A program made the translations under genes and the position numbers. The notes under the pieces were generated by a model. The model ran no database searches, was not told the origin of the DNA, and worked only from the letters and a program-made list of their open reading frames with translations. A stretch of 64,000 nt of DNA from the NCBI GenBank assembly GCA_025594325.1, contig JANHCV010000004.1, forward strand, positions 1,612,001-1,676,000. The letters are read 5' to 3'. Below, in pieces: positions 10,004 through 23,243 of the stretch. Each line of letters begins with the position of its first letter. The first letter of the stretch is position 1. Origin of the DNA: Blastocladiella emersonii ATCC 22665 (taxonomy: Eukaryota; Fungi; Blastocladiomycota).

Positions 10004-11042
10004 CCGTCGTCGTCGGCACGGAGGGACACGTCGCACAGCAGCACCCTCACCCCACGTTGCATCTTCAATTTCACGCCCTGCGAGCGACCACAACGCAGCG
10101 CGATCACTCTCTGTATTACGCAGCGACGGACCGGAGCAAAGACCGACCGAGGTTTCGCATGCCGACTGCCGGGGACTCTGCCGTGGCAGCCAGATCACTC
10201 TCTCTCCGCAACCGACCCCTCCACCCCGCCCATCTCCCCCTCAACCGTTCCCCCCTCTATACACGCCCTCACACTCGCTGCATTGCGCTGCCCGCACCGC
10301 GCGCTATCCCTGGCGCCCTCTTTGCTGGCCCTGCACCGCCGTCGCCCGCCTTGCTGCTCGCGACCGACCAACCTCCTCTCCCTCGGCGCCCTCGTGCTGC
10401 GCCTGCACATATTGCTCCCCCGGATCCGGATCCGGCCCTCGCGCACTTCGATCCTCGACATAGACGACGGATCGCTGCCGTACCGTGTGTATAAAGTAGG
10501 TTGCGCTGCTCGCCCTCTCCCCCATCCGCTCCCCAACGCTGGCACGGCCGCCTGCGAGTGGTCTCCCCCACCACTCCCGGCCGCTTCACGGTCTGCTGCG
10601 GCCCGGTTCGCGTGCCCGTTCGTGCGAGCGACGCCATCTTGCGCACGCGCGGATCGCCCAGCTTGCGATCACTCTCGTGCGGGTGGGTCGCCGACTCGCC
10701 GACTCGCCGACCCGCCGCCGCCGCTGCGCCGTGCTGCGGCCTGCACACCCGCTTGTGCCAGCGTTGAATTCATCCCCTCCCGCCGACCCGACCTCGTCGT
10801 CATCCATTCAGCCCGGCTGACCCACCTTCTCTCCCTACCCTCCTTTCCCTAGACGTCATCTCAGCCTCCCCGACCTGTGCCACAGCATCGCCAGGTTGTT
10901 CGGACCTCAGCCACCGCCGACGACGCCTCGCTCGCCCCGGCGCCGCCCACCCTTCCGCTGCACTGCATCCCGCCGCTGCGCTCGCGCTCGTCGCCACCCG
11001 TAAACCCATCCTCGACGCCGCCGCCGCCGCCGCCGCCCACCC

Positions 11043-14000
11043 ATGGCTGGAAGCAAAAAGAAGGGGCTCGGCATCTTCGGCGCGTCGGGCTCCGCCTCCT
11101 CGCTGCCCTCGTCCATCAACTCGGACGCCAACAGCTTTGCCGACCCGCCCGCCTCGCCCGTCTCCACGGCAAGCGCCCCGCCGCGCTCCCGCTTCGGCAG
11201 CTTCTCGAGCCTGCCGCGCAAGCTCGGCAAGAACGCCCCCGCCGCCGCCGCGGCCTCCTCATCCACCGCACTCGGAGGAGGAGGCGAGCCGACCAGCCGT
11301 CGCCACCGCGCCATGTCCGTGTCGTCGGCCTCGTCCGCCTCCATCTCGGTCCGCTCCTCGTTCGACGACCCCGCCTGGGCCGCCAACGGCGTCGGCGCCG
11401 GCATGACCTTCCACCAGCTCGGCGGCGCCGCGTCCGCCTCGGCCACCTCGCCGCCCGCCGCCGGATCGCCCATCGTCTCCTCGGTCGCCGCCTGGCGCGC
11501 CCGCTTCGCGCAGTCCGTCTCGCGGCCCGCCGCCAAGGCCGCTAAAGCCGTCAAGGCCGCTGCCGCCAAGGCTTCGTCATCGTCGTCCTCATCGGGCAAG
11601 AAACAGCGCAAGGCCGCCAAGGGCTCGCCCAAGGGTTCCGTCGCTGTGCTCTCGCCCTACGCCAACCACGGCTCGCTCGGCGCCGACGACGGCGATGACG
11701 GGTACCCGACCGGCGCGTCCCGCTACGACTCGCTGCCGCGCGGGTTCCGCCGCGGTCCCTACGGCGCCGCGCTGTCGACCAAGTCGGCCACTTTCCACGG
11801 CGCTAGCGAGGGGAACGCCTTTCTCGAGGCCCTCGACCTCTCGGCCGACACCTCCGCTGCGCGCGTCGTCGACCCGATCATGTCGCCCACCGCGTCGCCG
11901 TCGCCGCTCGCTGCCGCGAACTCGCCGCTATCGTCGTCGGTCCCGATGCCCTCGTCCGTGCGATCGCCGCGCACGCTCCCGCCCTCCTCCTCGCACGCGC
12001 CCTCGTCGCCGCTCCCCGGCAGCGCCGCGCCGCCCGCATCCCCCAAACCCTCGGTCATCAGCCGGAGGAAACACCTCGCCGCGTCCACGGCGCTGCGCCC
12101 GCGGTCGCGCCGCCACTCGGTCAGCTCGCCCGAGTTCCAGCAGCTCGCCGAGATCTACGGCTGGTCGCTCGAGTCGGGCCGACCCGCCATGCCCGCGCTC
12201 CGCTCGCCGCGCGTCCCGCACTCACCCGCCCTCGGCTCGCTCTCCCCGCGCCCGCCCGCGTCCGCCGACTTTGTCCTCTCGCCCAGCATCGCGTCGTCCG
12301 TCCTCCTCTCCCCGCAGGTCCCCAACTCGGACCTCGCTGCGGCGCCAGCAGCAGCTGGATCGCCTGTCCCGCTCCCGCCAAAGACGCCCGTCCTGGCGGC
12401 TGCTGCGGAACAACCCGCCGCTGCGGGCGGGAGCCCGCCACCGAGCGCGAGCGGGTCCCCGCTCGTGTCACGCTCGCTCGGCCGGAATACCGCCGCCGCT
12501 GCCGCTGGCGCCGCCCTCGCGGGCGCTGGGTCTGGCTCCGGCGACGACGACGCGGCCTCGCCGCACCTCCAGCGCCGCTTCGCCGACGACGTCGAGTGGT
12601 GGCGCCACGTCGAGCAGTCGTACAAGCGCCGCGCGAGCGCCGCCTCGAGCCGTATCGGGTCCGCGCCGTCGACGCTGAACCGCAAGCGGTACACGGCCTC
12701 GTCGTCGCACTCGTCGTCTCAGCACCAGACGCAGCAGCAGCAGCAGGGCGGCCGGTCCCACTCGGGCCGCGGCTCCTCGCGCCGGTTCACGGGCGTCACC
12801 GCCGACGACGCGCCCGCGGTCCCGGCGATCCCGCCGCTCGCGTCGCTCTCGCTCCCGCTGTCGCCCGCGACCGAGCTCACGTTCGCCGAGATGCTCATCA
12901 GCTCGCCCACAGAGTCCGAGATGCCCTCCTCCGCGGCTACCGCTGGACCTGCGCTCCCCGCGTCCCCGCCCGCCACCTCCATCCCGTCCAGCGCGTTCAC
13001 GTCCAAGGCGCCGTCGCCCATGCTCGGCCCCGTCTCGCCCAATGCGCCGCCCGTCCCGTCCCTCCCCATGCCGATCCCGGACGCGGCCGCGATGCAGGCC
13101 CCGCCCAGCCCGCCGCAGACCCACACGTCCTCGTCGTACAGCGAGTCGGCGCTGTCCCGCCAGCCCTCGCTCCGCGACTCGCACACGTACGGCCCGCCGT
13201 CGGGTCCCGCGCTGGCGAGCACGGCTTCCGCTACACCCGGCGCCGCCGACCAGGACCAGGACGACGTGACCATGTTCATCAAGGAGCACCGCCGCCAGTA
13301 CCGCCTGCAGACGGCTGCCGCCGCTGCCGCGATGCGCCAGGCCCGCCTCGCAGCCGTGGCAGCCGGTGACGTCTCGGCCGGCGACGCCGTCTCCGCTATG
13401 GTCCCCGCGGTCGCCGCAGCCGCCGACGACGACGACGCCGCGACCGTGACCACCGTCAGCAGCGCAGCGTCATTTGCGCGCCTGTCGCAGGTCGGCCTCG
13501 GGATCACCACCGACGAGGACGACGACCGCCGCATGTCGTACTACTCGGCGTTCAGCGCGTCCGAGTTCCAGCAAGCCGCAGGCGGCGACCGGCCCCGGTC
13601 GTTCCTCGCGCACGAGGTCGGCGAGAACGAGGAGGACGTGCAGCTCAACCTCGCACCGCCGACCGGCCCGCTCGAGCCGATTCCCGGGTCGCCCGACGCT
13701 GTCGCCGACGCGCCCGCGCCCGCTCAGACTGATGCGGCTCCCGCAGCTGTGGCGGACGTCGTGGACGTTGTCGTCGCGCCAATCGTCCCTGCCGAGGCGC
13801 TCACGCAGCCGATCCCGCTCCCGGACCTCGGGTTCCGCGTGCCCGAGCTCGAGACCAACATCGACGTGTTCGCGTGGGCGGGCGGCGACGCGGCCGGCGC
13901 CGTCAGCAAGCCCGAGGACGAGGCGGCGCTTGAGGCACAGATGTCGGCCACGGCGCTCGAGCTCGTGCGCCGGCTCACGCAGGGCGTCGACTACGAGTTC

Positions 14001-17000
14001 ATGCTCGACTTCTTCATCGTGTACCGCCTGTTCATGGACCCCGTGCACCTCGCCAAGCTCCTCATCCTGCGCATCCGCGCCGCGGTGCCGTGGCCCGAGG
14101 ACAGCGACGAGCGCCGGATTATCCGCATGCGGTCGTTTGTCGTTATTCGGCACTGGTTGCAGGTACGCTTTGGTTTGTCTCGCGAGTGTTGCGGGAGAGT
14201 AAGAACTGACACGTTGCGCGGTTGTCTGTAGTTTTACTTTGAGCACGACTTCGCCGACAACAAGAAGCTGCGGCGGTACATGGGCAAGGCGCTCAAGACG
14301 CTCACGCACATGCCCGAGCTCACCACGACTGGCATGGACGGCCGCATGATCAAGAAGCTCAAGCACCTGTGGATCGCCAGCGTCGACCAGTACGTCAAGA
14401 ACCGCGTGCCCATCCCGTCGGTCCCGCCGCCCCCGATCCCGGCCCACCTCCAGCAGCAGCAGCAGCAGCCGCCCCAGTCGCAGGCCGCCGCCGCCGCCGA
14501 GACCACCATGACGCCGCCCCTCACCCCGACCCGCGCGCACGTCCGGTCGTCCATGTGGTCCACGACCACGGGCACGTCGCACTTCACGTCGACGTCGGCC
14601 GAGGACCTCGCCGTCGCTGCGGCCGTCGCCGCCGGCGAGTACGGCGCTGTGCCGCCGCTCTCCATCACGATCCCCGGCATGCCGTCGTCGTCCGCGTCCA
14701 GCCACAACCCGCTGTCGCGGTCCGTCAGCAACGCGAGCGCCGGCACCTCGGCGTCCGCGCGGTCCACGCCACTCCACTCGGCCACCACGTCGACGTGCGT
14801 CACGCCGCGCAACGCGAACCACCCCGACGACGGCGACGTCGACCCTGAGCTCCTCGCCGCGTACCCGCTCCGCCCCGCGCGGCTCAACCCGCCCCGCAAC
14901 TCGGTCCAGTCCCGCGACTCGGCCATCACCGGCAGCGTCCACGAGAGTCTCCGGTCGTCGCTCATGGCCCAGCAGCAGCAGCTCGCCGCGCAGCAGCAGG
15001 GTCAGAACCAGCAGCACTCGTCGCATCAGCACGACTTTGAGTGGTACCCCGAGGACGAGATCGACCGGTACATGGAGCGCGAGAACGCCGCCGGTGCCGT
15101 GTCGTCGACGTCGCTGAGCGAGTTTGCCCTCAGCCAGAACGGCGGCAGCGCCGTGTACCTGCCGGCCACGGCCGCCGACGAGAACGACGACGCCAACGAG
15201 ACGGTGCTCAGCTTCGAGGACGTTGCCAAGGGCCAGGTCCTCGTGCCCTCGCGCAGCGGCACCCCCGCCCCGGTCGAGCCCATCGCTTCGGTCGAAACCG
15301 AGCCCAAGCCCGAGATCCTGTCGCCGCCGCCCGTCCCCATCAAGGACGAGCCCGCGCCGTCGTCCATCACCATCGCCACGCCGCTCACGCGGTCGTCGGC
15401 CGGCGCCGAGGCCGCCATCGCCCGGCCCGGGTCCCCGCTCGGCCGCCTCGCCAAGCACCGCTCGCGCGACTCCATGGCCAGCTTCACCCGCGTCGCGCGC
15501 GGCAGCGTCTCGGGCCCGCCCTCTGCGGCCACCTCGGCCACCGCCGCCGCGCAGCCATCCAACACTGGGAGCGGCGATATCGTGCGCGCGGCCGTCGGCA
15601 AGCTCAAGTCCATGTTCAAGCCCGGCAAGGAGACCAGTTCCGGCGGGTTCCCGCGGTCGTCCACCGGCGGCCGCTCCGCCGTGTCCGTCGCCGGCGGCGG
15701 CGCGCCCAACAGCGGCGGCGTGCTGGGCGATTCCGAGAACTCGGTGCTCCTCCGCCCCCGCCCGCACCAGATTGCCAAGGCCGCGCAGCAGCAGATCGTG
15801 TCGCCGCCGCGCATGGACCGCCACGATTCGGCGATTGCCGCTGACGACGCCGGCGGGCTCGGGATCCGCGGGGTCCCCGCCCTCAGCATCGACACCGCGG
15901 CAGGCGGCCGCGTGTGGGCGTCTCCCGCGTCGGCCGCGACCGCCGGCCCGTTCGGGTCCCCGGCCATGGTCGACTCGGCCATGTACCCCGACATGTCCGG
16001 GTTCGGCGTGACGGGCGGCGTGTCGTCGACGTCGCTCGCGCCCACGGTCGTCCAGTACGCGCCGCAGCCGCAGCAGATCATGACGACGCCGCCGACGGTG
16101 CCCAACTACGACCAGGATTTCGTCGCGCTGCCGTCGGCGGCGCCGAGTTCGGGCGGCGGCGCCAACCCCGAGGACCCCGCCGGCGCGCTCGCGGCCGCGG
16201 CCGAGGCGCTCGGCATCTCGCAGGCCGAGGACCTCCCGATCGGCGCGCTCCCGTCGCTGCGCAACCCGTCCAAGCAGCCGCCGTGGGTCATGCGCGTGCG
16301 GTCGGCCGAGGTCGCGCAGCACCTGTCGATCGTCGACCAGGTCGTGATCCGCAACGTCGACTGGACCGAGCTCCTCGACATCGCCGTCGGCCGCCACTCG
16401 TTTGTCCGGCGCGGCCGCGCCATGTTCTCCGGGTCCATGGCGTCCGGCGGCAGCACGCCGTCGGGGGCCGGGCTCGGTGGCGAGGGCGACGAGGAATACG
16501 ACCCGCACGATAACGTCAAGCACGTCATTGACCGGTTCAACACGACGTGCCAGTGGGTGGCGTCGCAGATCCTGATCGTCGAGGACGCGTCGATGCGCGC
16601 CAAGGTCATCGAGAAGTTCATCAAGATCGCGGCCAAGTGCGAGGCGTACAGCAACTACTGCACGCTCATGGCCATCACGCTCGCCCTGCAGGCGCCGCAC
16701 ATTGACCGGCTCAAGCGCACGTGGGCCAAGGTGTCGGCCGAGAAGAAGGCCACGCTCGCCCACCTCATCGAGCTCACCTCGCCGTTCCACAACTTCAAGA
16801 ACCTGCGCAAGGCCATGGAGGACTCGTCCACCGGCGTGCCGTTCATCGGCATTTACTTCTCGGACCTGCTCTTCAACTCGGAGCTGCCCAGCACCGTCAG
16901 CCTCCGGTCCTCGTCGTCGTCGGACGCGTCCGACGTCGGGTCCGCCTCGGACGCCTCGGACACGGAGGCGTCGCCGTCTTCGGGATCCGCACGCGCCGCC

Positions 17001-17693
17001 CGCCCGCGGCCCGCGAGCAACCTCACGGACGGCGCCGAGACGGGCGCCGACGCCGATACCGAGGGCGAGTCGGCAGCGACCGCGTCGTCATCGTCGCGCC
17101 GCCGCTTGTCGCACACGGAGCAGCTCGACAAGGAGGCGCGCGCCGTCCGCGCGTCCAAGTACAAGTCCCTGGCGCGGTCCATTTCGGCCGCCAAGCAGCT
17201 CACGCTGCGCACGACCAGCCTGCCGCCCACGGGCAGCGGCGCCGGGTCGCAGAGCGCGGGGGCGTCGCTCGGCGGCGGGTCGTCGAGCGCGGCGAGCGCC
17301 TTCAGCAGTCTCGGGCCCAGCACGCGCACGTCCGCGGCATCCTCGGCGGCGTCGTCGGTGCTCAACTCGCCGTCGAGCGTCAGCATGAGCGCGAGCGCCG
17401 TGTCGTCGTCGGTCGCGGCGGCGTCGCGCGCCATCGTCGACCTCGAGAACGACCTCACGACGGTCGTCAACTGGCAAAAGTACAAGACGATCGCCAAGGT
17501 CGTCAAGCAGTTCAAGACGTTCCTCGACTCGCCCAGCTACGCGGCCACGTGCTCGTGGCCCATGCGCGACGACGTGTTCTGGCACTGCGTCTTCATCGAC
17601 CGCGAGGTGCTCGACTCGGACGAGCTCGCCGAGCGGTCGTACGTCTACGAGCCGAGCCAGCGCCGGAGCGTCGCGGTGCGCAGCAGCCACTAA
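11043..17693 (+). CDS. Ras-family GEF (REM + CDC25 domains, LTE1-like architecture), about 2193 aa, intron 14163-14231
   Basis: REM: FMLDFFIVYRLFMDPVHLAKLL...VIRHWLQ|FYFEHDF. CDC25: VAQHLSIVDQ..VDWTELLD, RFNTTCQWVASQIL, NYCTLMAI..AL, VPFIGIYFSDL, VNWQKY. In-frame TAA at 11001 fixes the start. A 5'-UTR intron acceptor lies at about 10852. Confidence 0.9.
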
Positions 17694-18151
17694 GATGTGT
17701 GCTTGGTACGCTTTCTCGCGTCGGGATTTCGTTGCTGAGCGCGGAACTGACCATAGCCATCGTGATCGTTCGCTTGCGTAGCTCGCCCGACCTCCACCAC
17801 AACCTACATCCGTCCCTTTCTTCATTGTCCACTCTCTCTGTTCATCATCGCGCTCCTTTTGCTCATCCCTCCCTCTTCCTGCTGCATGATTCCCTCCTTG
17901 CCCTGTCCTCGCGTGTGTGTCTTCTCTCCTTTTGCGTGTGTATGCTGCGCTCCAGCGCCATCGCTCTCCTTCTTCACCTCTCGTTTTGTCCTGATCTCTC
18001 TCCTTGTTTCTTCTCCCCTTTTCGACGTGCACAACCAGCGACCAACCAACAACCTTTAGACCGTCTGTTTCCCCCCACACCACCAACCACGAAAAAATTG
18101 ATTTGATTGATGTTTTTCCATTCCATCCCACTCTCGTCTCGTACCACCCGT

Positions 18152-19568
18152 TCAGTCCTCCTCAACAACCACGGCCTCGTCCGGGTCCGTGGCCAGCGCC
18201 ATGGCGCGCTCCCACTCGACGGCAAACTCGGTGACGGACTTGCCCTCACTGAGCGCGACCACGTCGAGCGGGACGCGCGACGTCGCGAACGCCGGCGCCG
18301 TCGTCGTCCGCCGGTCGTGCACCTGCGCCTCGCTCGTGTACACGCGCAGCTCCGCGTCGTCGTCGTCGTCGTCGACCTCGTCGGCGGCCGCGAGGAGGTC
18401 CGCGAACGAGACGGCGGCGGTCGCGGGGGCGGGCGTGGGGCTGGGGTCTTGCGAGGGGTCGAGGTAGATGCGCGTCACGCCGTCGGCCAGGTGCTCGACC
18501 GTGTCGCTGGCGGGGGCGAGGTAGTCGGACTCGGAGGCGGAGGTAGAGGTAGAGGGCTTGGGCTTGGCGGCGGCCGCGGCGACCAGGGCCTCGAGCTCGG
18601 GCCACGTGTACAGCAGCGTGTCGGTGGTCGGGGTGAAGGGGTTGAAGTCGACAATGGACGGCTCGCGGTCGGCCTGCGTCAGGTACACGTCGAAGACGTC
18701 TACACAAGGCGCGCGGGTGAGTCGTCTGGCCGACAGAACGCGGAGATGAGGAAGCGTACACGTCTCGAGCGGGAACACGTCGCGGACCACGTCCTCAAAG
18801 TAATCGTGAATAATCGCACTCAGCTCATCGCGCTCAGCGACAAGGAACTCGTAGAAGTGGGACACGTCGCGCTGCGAGATGGCGACGATCTCGCGGCCGT
18901 AGACCCAGCAGCGGAACTCGAGGCCCGGGTGCAGCGGCGCCCACTTGCGCAGCACGAGTTTCGGGCGCGCGTTGTCCGGGTGGTCGAGGTCGTGCACGAC
19001 GAAATCGCTCGCCTTGAGCAGCAGCGTGATGTCGCGCAGCGACGTGCACTTGAGCGACCCGTCGAGCGCGATCCACGCTGCGTCGCGCGGACTCGACCAG
19101 TTGAGTTTCGGGAACACGGCGCCGCCGAGCGAAGCGATGGCGGTGGCGACGGCGGACTCGAGTGCGGGGAATTCGGGGACGTGGGCTACGCGGATGCGGG
19201 CGGTGTGTGAGACTCGGAGGACAAGCGGTCCGAAAAGGTACCCGTACCCTCAGCATCCTCGCTGTCAGCATCCTCGGCGTCGGACCCGTCGTTGTGCGTG
19301 TCCTCGAGGGCGTCCGTGTCGACCTCGTCATGGTACGAGTAGAGGACGCTACACTCGCGGACGCCGTTGAGTCGCTTCACTAGTCATCTAACGAGAAGTG
19401 TCTGTACTCGTCGCCGGCGAGAGCGATGCCGTCGGCGTGCAGGTAGGCGACGTAGTCGTCGGGGAGGTCGATGACGACGGAGCGGACCGTCTCCTTGCGG
19501 AAGAGCGGGTACCACTGGTCAAAGGCAAAGGGGACGAGACTCTGGGCGGGTTGCAGCAAGTCTGACAT
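18152..19568 (-). CDS. CDC123: Cell division cycle protein 123 (ATP-grasp eIF2 assembly factor), 4 exons
   Basis: FDQWYPLFR, VFPKLNWSSPRDAAWI, LLLKASDF, EFRCWV....AISQRD, DFNPF...TDTLLYTW. Three GT-AG introns join these blocks. Confidence 0.93.
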
Positions 19569-19807
19569 GGTTTAGATGTGATTCATGGGTTTACGTGTTC
19601 GGCGAGAGGGAAAGAGAGAGTGGAGGAGCCACGCGCGTGAAGAGCTCAGGGCGCGCATCACGGCGCTGATCACTCTCTGCGAGTGCTCTCGCTAGTGGGA
19701 GCGAACAAGGGCAAGGGACAGAGAGACTAGGAAAGGGGATCGTATGTGATCTACGTATATACAACGAATAGAAGGAAGCGACAAAGAGCGGGCAACCGGG
19801 GAGCAGC

Positions 19808-20293
19808 TTATGCCATGTCCACGTCCATGGTCTGGTCCTTGGACTCGAGGATGCGGGTCTCCTCGAGGCGCTTGACCTTGTCGGCGGGGAGCAGCTCGAT
19901 GTTCTGCTTGACGGCCTTGAGGTTGGCCGTCTTCTCGGCGAGCTTCTTGCGCTGCATGATGCGGGTCTTGGTGAAGACAAACTCGCGGCGGGCGCGCACG
20001 GCGGCAATCTTCTTCATGGCGGTGAGGGTGGCCATCATGACGTTGCGGTCGTAGCGGACGGGCACGTTGCGGCGGCGCTCGAGGTCGAGGGCGCCGTCGA
20101 CGACCATCTCCTTGCCGGCGGCCTTGCGGAAGGCCTTGGTCCACTTGAGCTTGCGCGGGTTGCGCTTCATCTTGAAGTTCTTGTGGCACTTTGAGCGGCA
20201 GAAGCGGAACTGCTTGGCGTCGTTGCGCACAAACATGATGCCGTGACCCGGGTAGATGGTCGACGAGCAGAAGTAGCACTTCTCCAAACGCAT
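19808..20293 (-). CDS. RLP24: Ribosome biogenesis protein RLP24
   Basis: [54 protein letters not shown], the RLP24-type rather than eL24-type signature. Confidence 0.96.
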   Translation of the reverse strand: MRLEKCYFCSSTIYPGHGIMFVRNDAKQFRFCRSKCHKNFKMKRNPRKLKWTKAFRKAAGKEMVVDGALDLERRRNVPVRYDRNVMMATLTAMKKIAAVRARREFVFTKTRIMQRKKLAEKTANLKAVKQNIELLPADKVKRLEETRILESKDQTMDVDMA

Positions 20294-21993
20294 GGTGGCG
20301 GGCGGGGGTGGGGGGTACGGGTCGCGGGCGGTACGGGGGACGAGGGTGGAGAGAGAACGGGTTGGGAGGAGCTCGTCGTCGCCGGCGTCAGGTGGCGATC
20401 AGAGCAGGGGGGTGTGCGCGCGCGTCGTCGTCGGCGGGTTGGTCGGGTCGGCGAGCGAGTCGGGTGGTGATCGCGTCGGCGTTGCGTGCGTGTGTGCAGT
20501 GCAGAGCAGTGCAGGTGGTTGCGAGGACGACGGGACACGGAACACGGCAGCGGCGGCGGCGGCGGCAAGCAGAAGCACGGCGTGGCCGGCCGGCGCGCGG
20601 TGGAGGTGGTCGCGGGTCGCGCCGCGAGCGCGGGCGCTCAATGCGAGCCGGTGGCGTGGGATCACCTGACCGCGTTGCTGGGGCGCTCGACGCGTGTGGC
20701 GCAAGCGGGCGTCGGCTTTTGAACGCCCCAAGACTCGAGCTCGCCGTTCCCGCTGCCACAGCGCTGCACGGTGGTCGAGCACACGCACTGCCGCACTCCC
20801 GCACACAGCAGCGACAGCTGGGCGACTCATGGCGCCGGCAGTCACGTAGCTCCTGCCCGCGCTCCCGTATCGCGCGAGCCGGCTATCGTCGTGTCACACG
20901 CCGCCGCAGTCACTCACGGCGGCCTCATGACGCTCACCGTGACGGCCGACTCATGCTCCCTTCAGGAGGATGAGCGTCGCTAGCGCGACGGCAAGCGTGA
21001 GGCAGTGCGCGGCGTCCCGAAGTGTTCCGAGGCGGGGTCGATAGCGTGCGCGTCGGAGAAAGCCGGGATGGCAAGGGCAATGCGCGCGATCGCGTCATGG
21101 TCGCGCGATCTTATCTCTGAGCTGCCTGTTCGAGCCGGTGTCTCGCGCCAAGCGCGGCCGTGTCTCACGCCGGCACCGCTTCCCCGCACTCCCCGAACTT
21201 GCGTGCTCGCGTTGAATCCGCACGCGTTGACGGCCGGTCAAGGGGCGCAACAGCAGCAGCAGGTGGCTGTGACTTCGGTGAGGCCGCGTTTTCCGGCCGG
21301 CGTGGTGGAAGCCGCAATCGCACGAGACCGGCTCAGAGCGGCAGGCTGTGGAAGGCGCCGTTGCAGCGTGCTCATCGTGAGGCGGAGACGGGACGGCGAC
21401 GAGGCAGCAGGGTGGCTGAGGCACGCAACGCAACGTGTATCGCAACGCTATCGCACTTTCAACAGGGCCGCCTCCTGCGCTCCTCCACGTCCTCGTCGTC
21501 GACCGTTAAAGCCGGCGACCCCCCGCGCTCTCGGCATCCCTTCACCATCGCATACTCCTTGAGCGTCTCAGCGTACGTCCTCATCGCACCGGAGCCGGCC
21601 GGAGCACGGCGGCGCGGCGCAGCACCAGCAGCGGCGGCGTGTCGGCTGCGCCCCCAACGCCAGCCGACGCGCGCCCGAGGACCCGTGGGCCCGTCGCCGT
21701 GGCCAGCGTGGGGCGCCGTCGCCTCCAGCGTCGCCTCCATCGCGGCCGACGGCCGCAGCGGAAACAGATGTTACCATCGATGTGATGGATGGCACAAGGC
21801 AGCCGCTCCGCCGGCCAATCATTTTTTTTGTCGCGTGCGCCGCTGACGGTTCCGGTTTCGCCCGACGTTTGTAGGCTCGGCTCCCCTCTCTCTCCCCCAC
21901 CTCCTGGGCCGGCCCGCCGCCGTACTTGAGCGCCCGCCCTCCTCTCTCCTCGCCCTCCTCCCTCAACGTATCACATCACACCACACAGCCACC

Positions 21994-23052
21994 ATGCCCG
22001 TCGCGACCATCTCCACGCCGGGCGCCCTCGCCGCCGCGGCCGCCGTCCGCTCGCTGCCACCACCACCACCAGGAGGAGCGGCCACGGCCGAGTTCAACAG
22101 CCCACCACCACTTCCGGCGGAGCAGCAGCAGATCCCCTTCTCCAACGACGACGTGCACACGACGTGGTCCGAGTTCACCAAGAAGAAGAACACGCGCGCC
22201 GAGCTGACGCGCCTCGAGAACATCTCGTGGCGCATCTGGCACGCCCTGCGCCTGCGCACCGAGTCGGGCCGCCCGCAGCCGCGCTTCGCCGTGCGTGTCG
22301 ACGCCGCCACGGCGTGCTTTGTCGACCCGCGCCTCGCCACGCCCGCACCCGGTGCCGCGACCGCCGCCGCCGCTGCGGAACCCGCCGCGTCTCCTGTCCT
22401 GGGCCCCGCCCCGCCCGCCGTCCTCGCCTCGGCCGCCGCCAACGCCGTGCCCATGCGCGGCCGCAAGCAGTCGCTGCAGGTTGACCCGCGCACCATGCCG
22501 TCGTCGCTCGCCGCCGCCCTGCACGGCCGCCGCAAGTCGACGGCCCCGCCCGCCATGGCCGCGCTGCCGGCTCCTTCCAATCCAACACCCCCAACACCTT
22601 CCTCCTCATCGTCCAATCGGCCGTACATCGTCATCACCCTGCCGCCGTCGCTCCTCGACCGCGCCACGGCCGCCGCCGCGGCTGCTGCTGCTCGTGGAGC
22701 CAAGGGCACGCGTGGGCGTCCTGCGGCCACGGCGGCCGCGCCATCGCGCCCGCTCGGGACCCGCGGGTCGGGCGCGGCCTCGCCGTCGGGGCTCATCAAG
22801 CGGTGCGACCGCCACGTCGACCTGTCGCGGTATTTCGGCGTGCCGTCGCTGCGCATGCTGACCAGCACGCTGCCGCCCGCGATCGCCGGGTCGTCGTCGC
22901 CCACGTCGCCGTCGCCCGTCGTGTTCGTCATGGGCGACGATGACTCCGAGGACGAGAGCGACGAGGACGACGACGCGTTCGCGTTTGGCGGATCGGCGGC
23001 GCGACCGCGCGCGAGCCTCGACGAGTCGCGGTCCGGCGCCGACTTTTACTAG
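21994..23052 (+). CDS. DUF1752 (RLENxSWR motif) fungal regulatory protein, 352 aa
   Basis: WSEFTK......RLENISWRIW motif typical of the AreA/Mks1/Reg1-type N-terminal domain. The rest is low-complexity. AATAAA at 23192. Confidence 0.7.
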   Translation: MPVATISTPGALAAAAAVRSLPPPPPGGAATAEFNSPPPLPAEQQQIPFSNDDVHTTWSEFTKKKNTRAELTRLENISWRIWHALRLRTESGRPQPRFAVRVDAATACFVDPRLATPAPGAATAAAAAEPAASPVLGPAPPAVLASAAANAVPMRGRKQSLQVDPRTMPSSLAAALHGRRKSTAPPAMAALPAPSNPTPPTPSSSSSNRPYIVITLPPSLLDRATAAAAAAAARGAKGTRGRPAATAAAPSRPLGTRGSGAASPSGLIKRCDRHVDLSRYFGVPSLRMLTSTLPPAIAGSSSPTSPSPVVFVMGDDDSEDESDEDDDAFAFGGSAARPRASLDESRSGADFY

Positions 23053-23243
23053 CGGTCGTGGTCGTGGTCGTGGGGTGTGTCTTCCTGTGTGTGTCTCGAG
23101 GGAGCGTGTGCTGTGCTCCCGCATATCTACTCTCTCTGTCTCTGTCCCGTTCGTCGTGTGGTCTGTGACTTGGCCATCATCATCATCTCCTAATAAACGT
23201 CTATCACGGATCTGCTACGGTCCTTATACTACCCCCGATCGTC

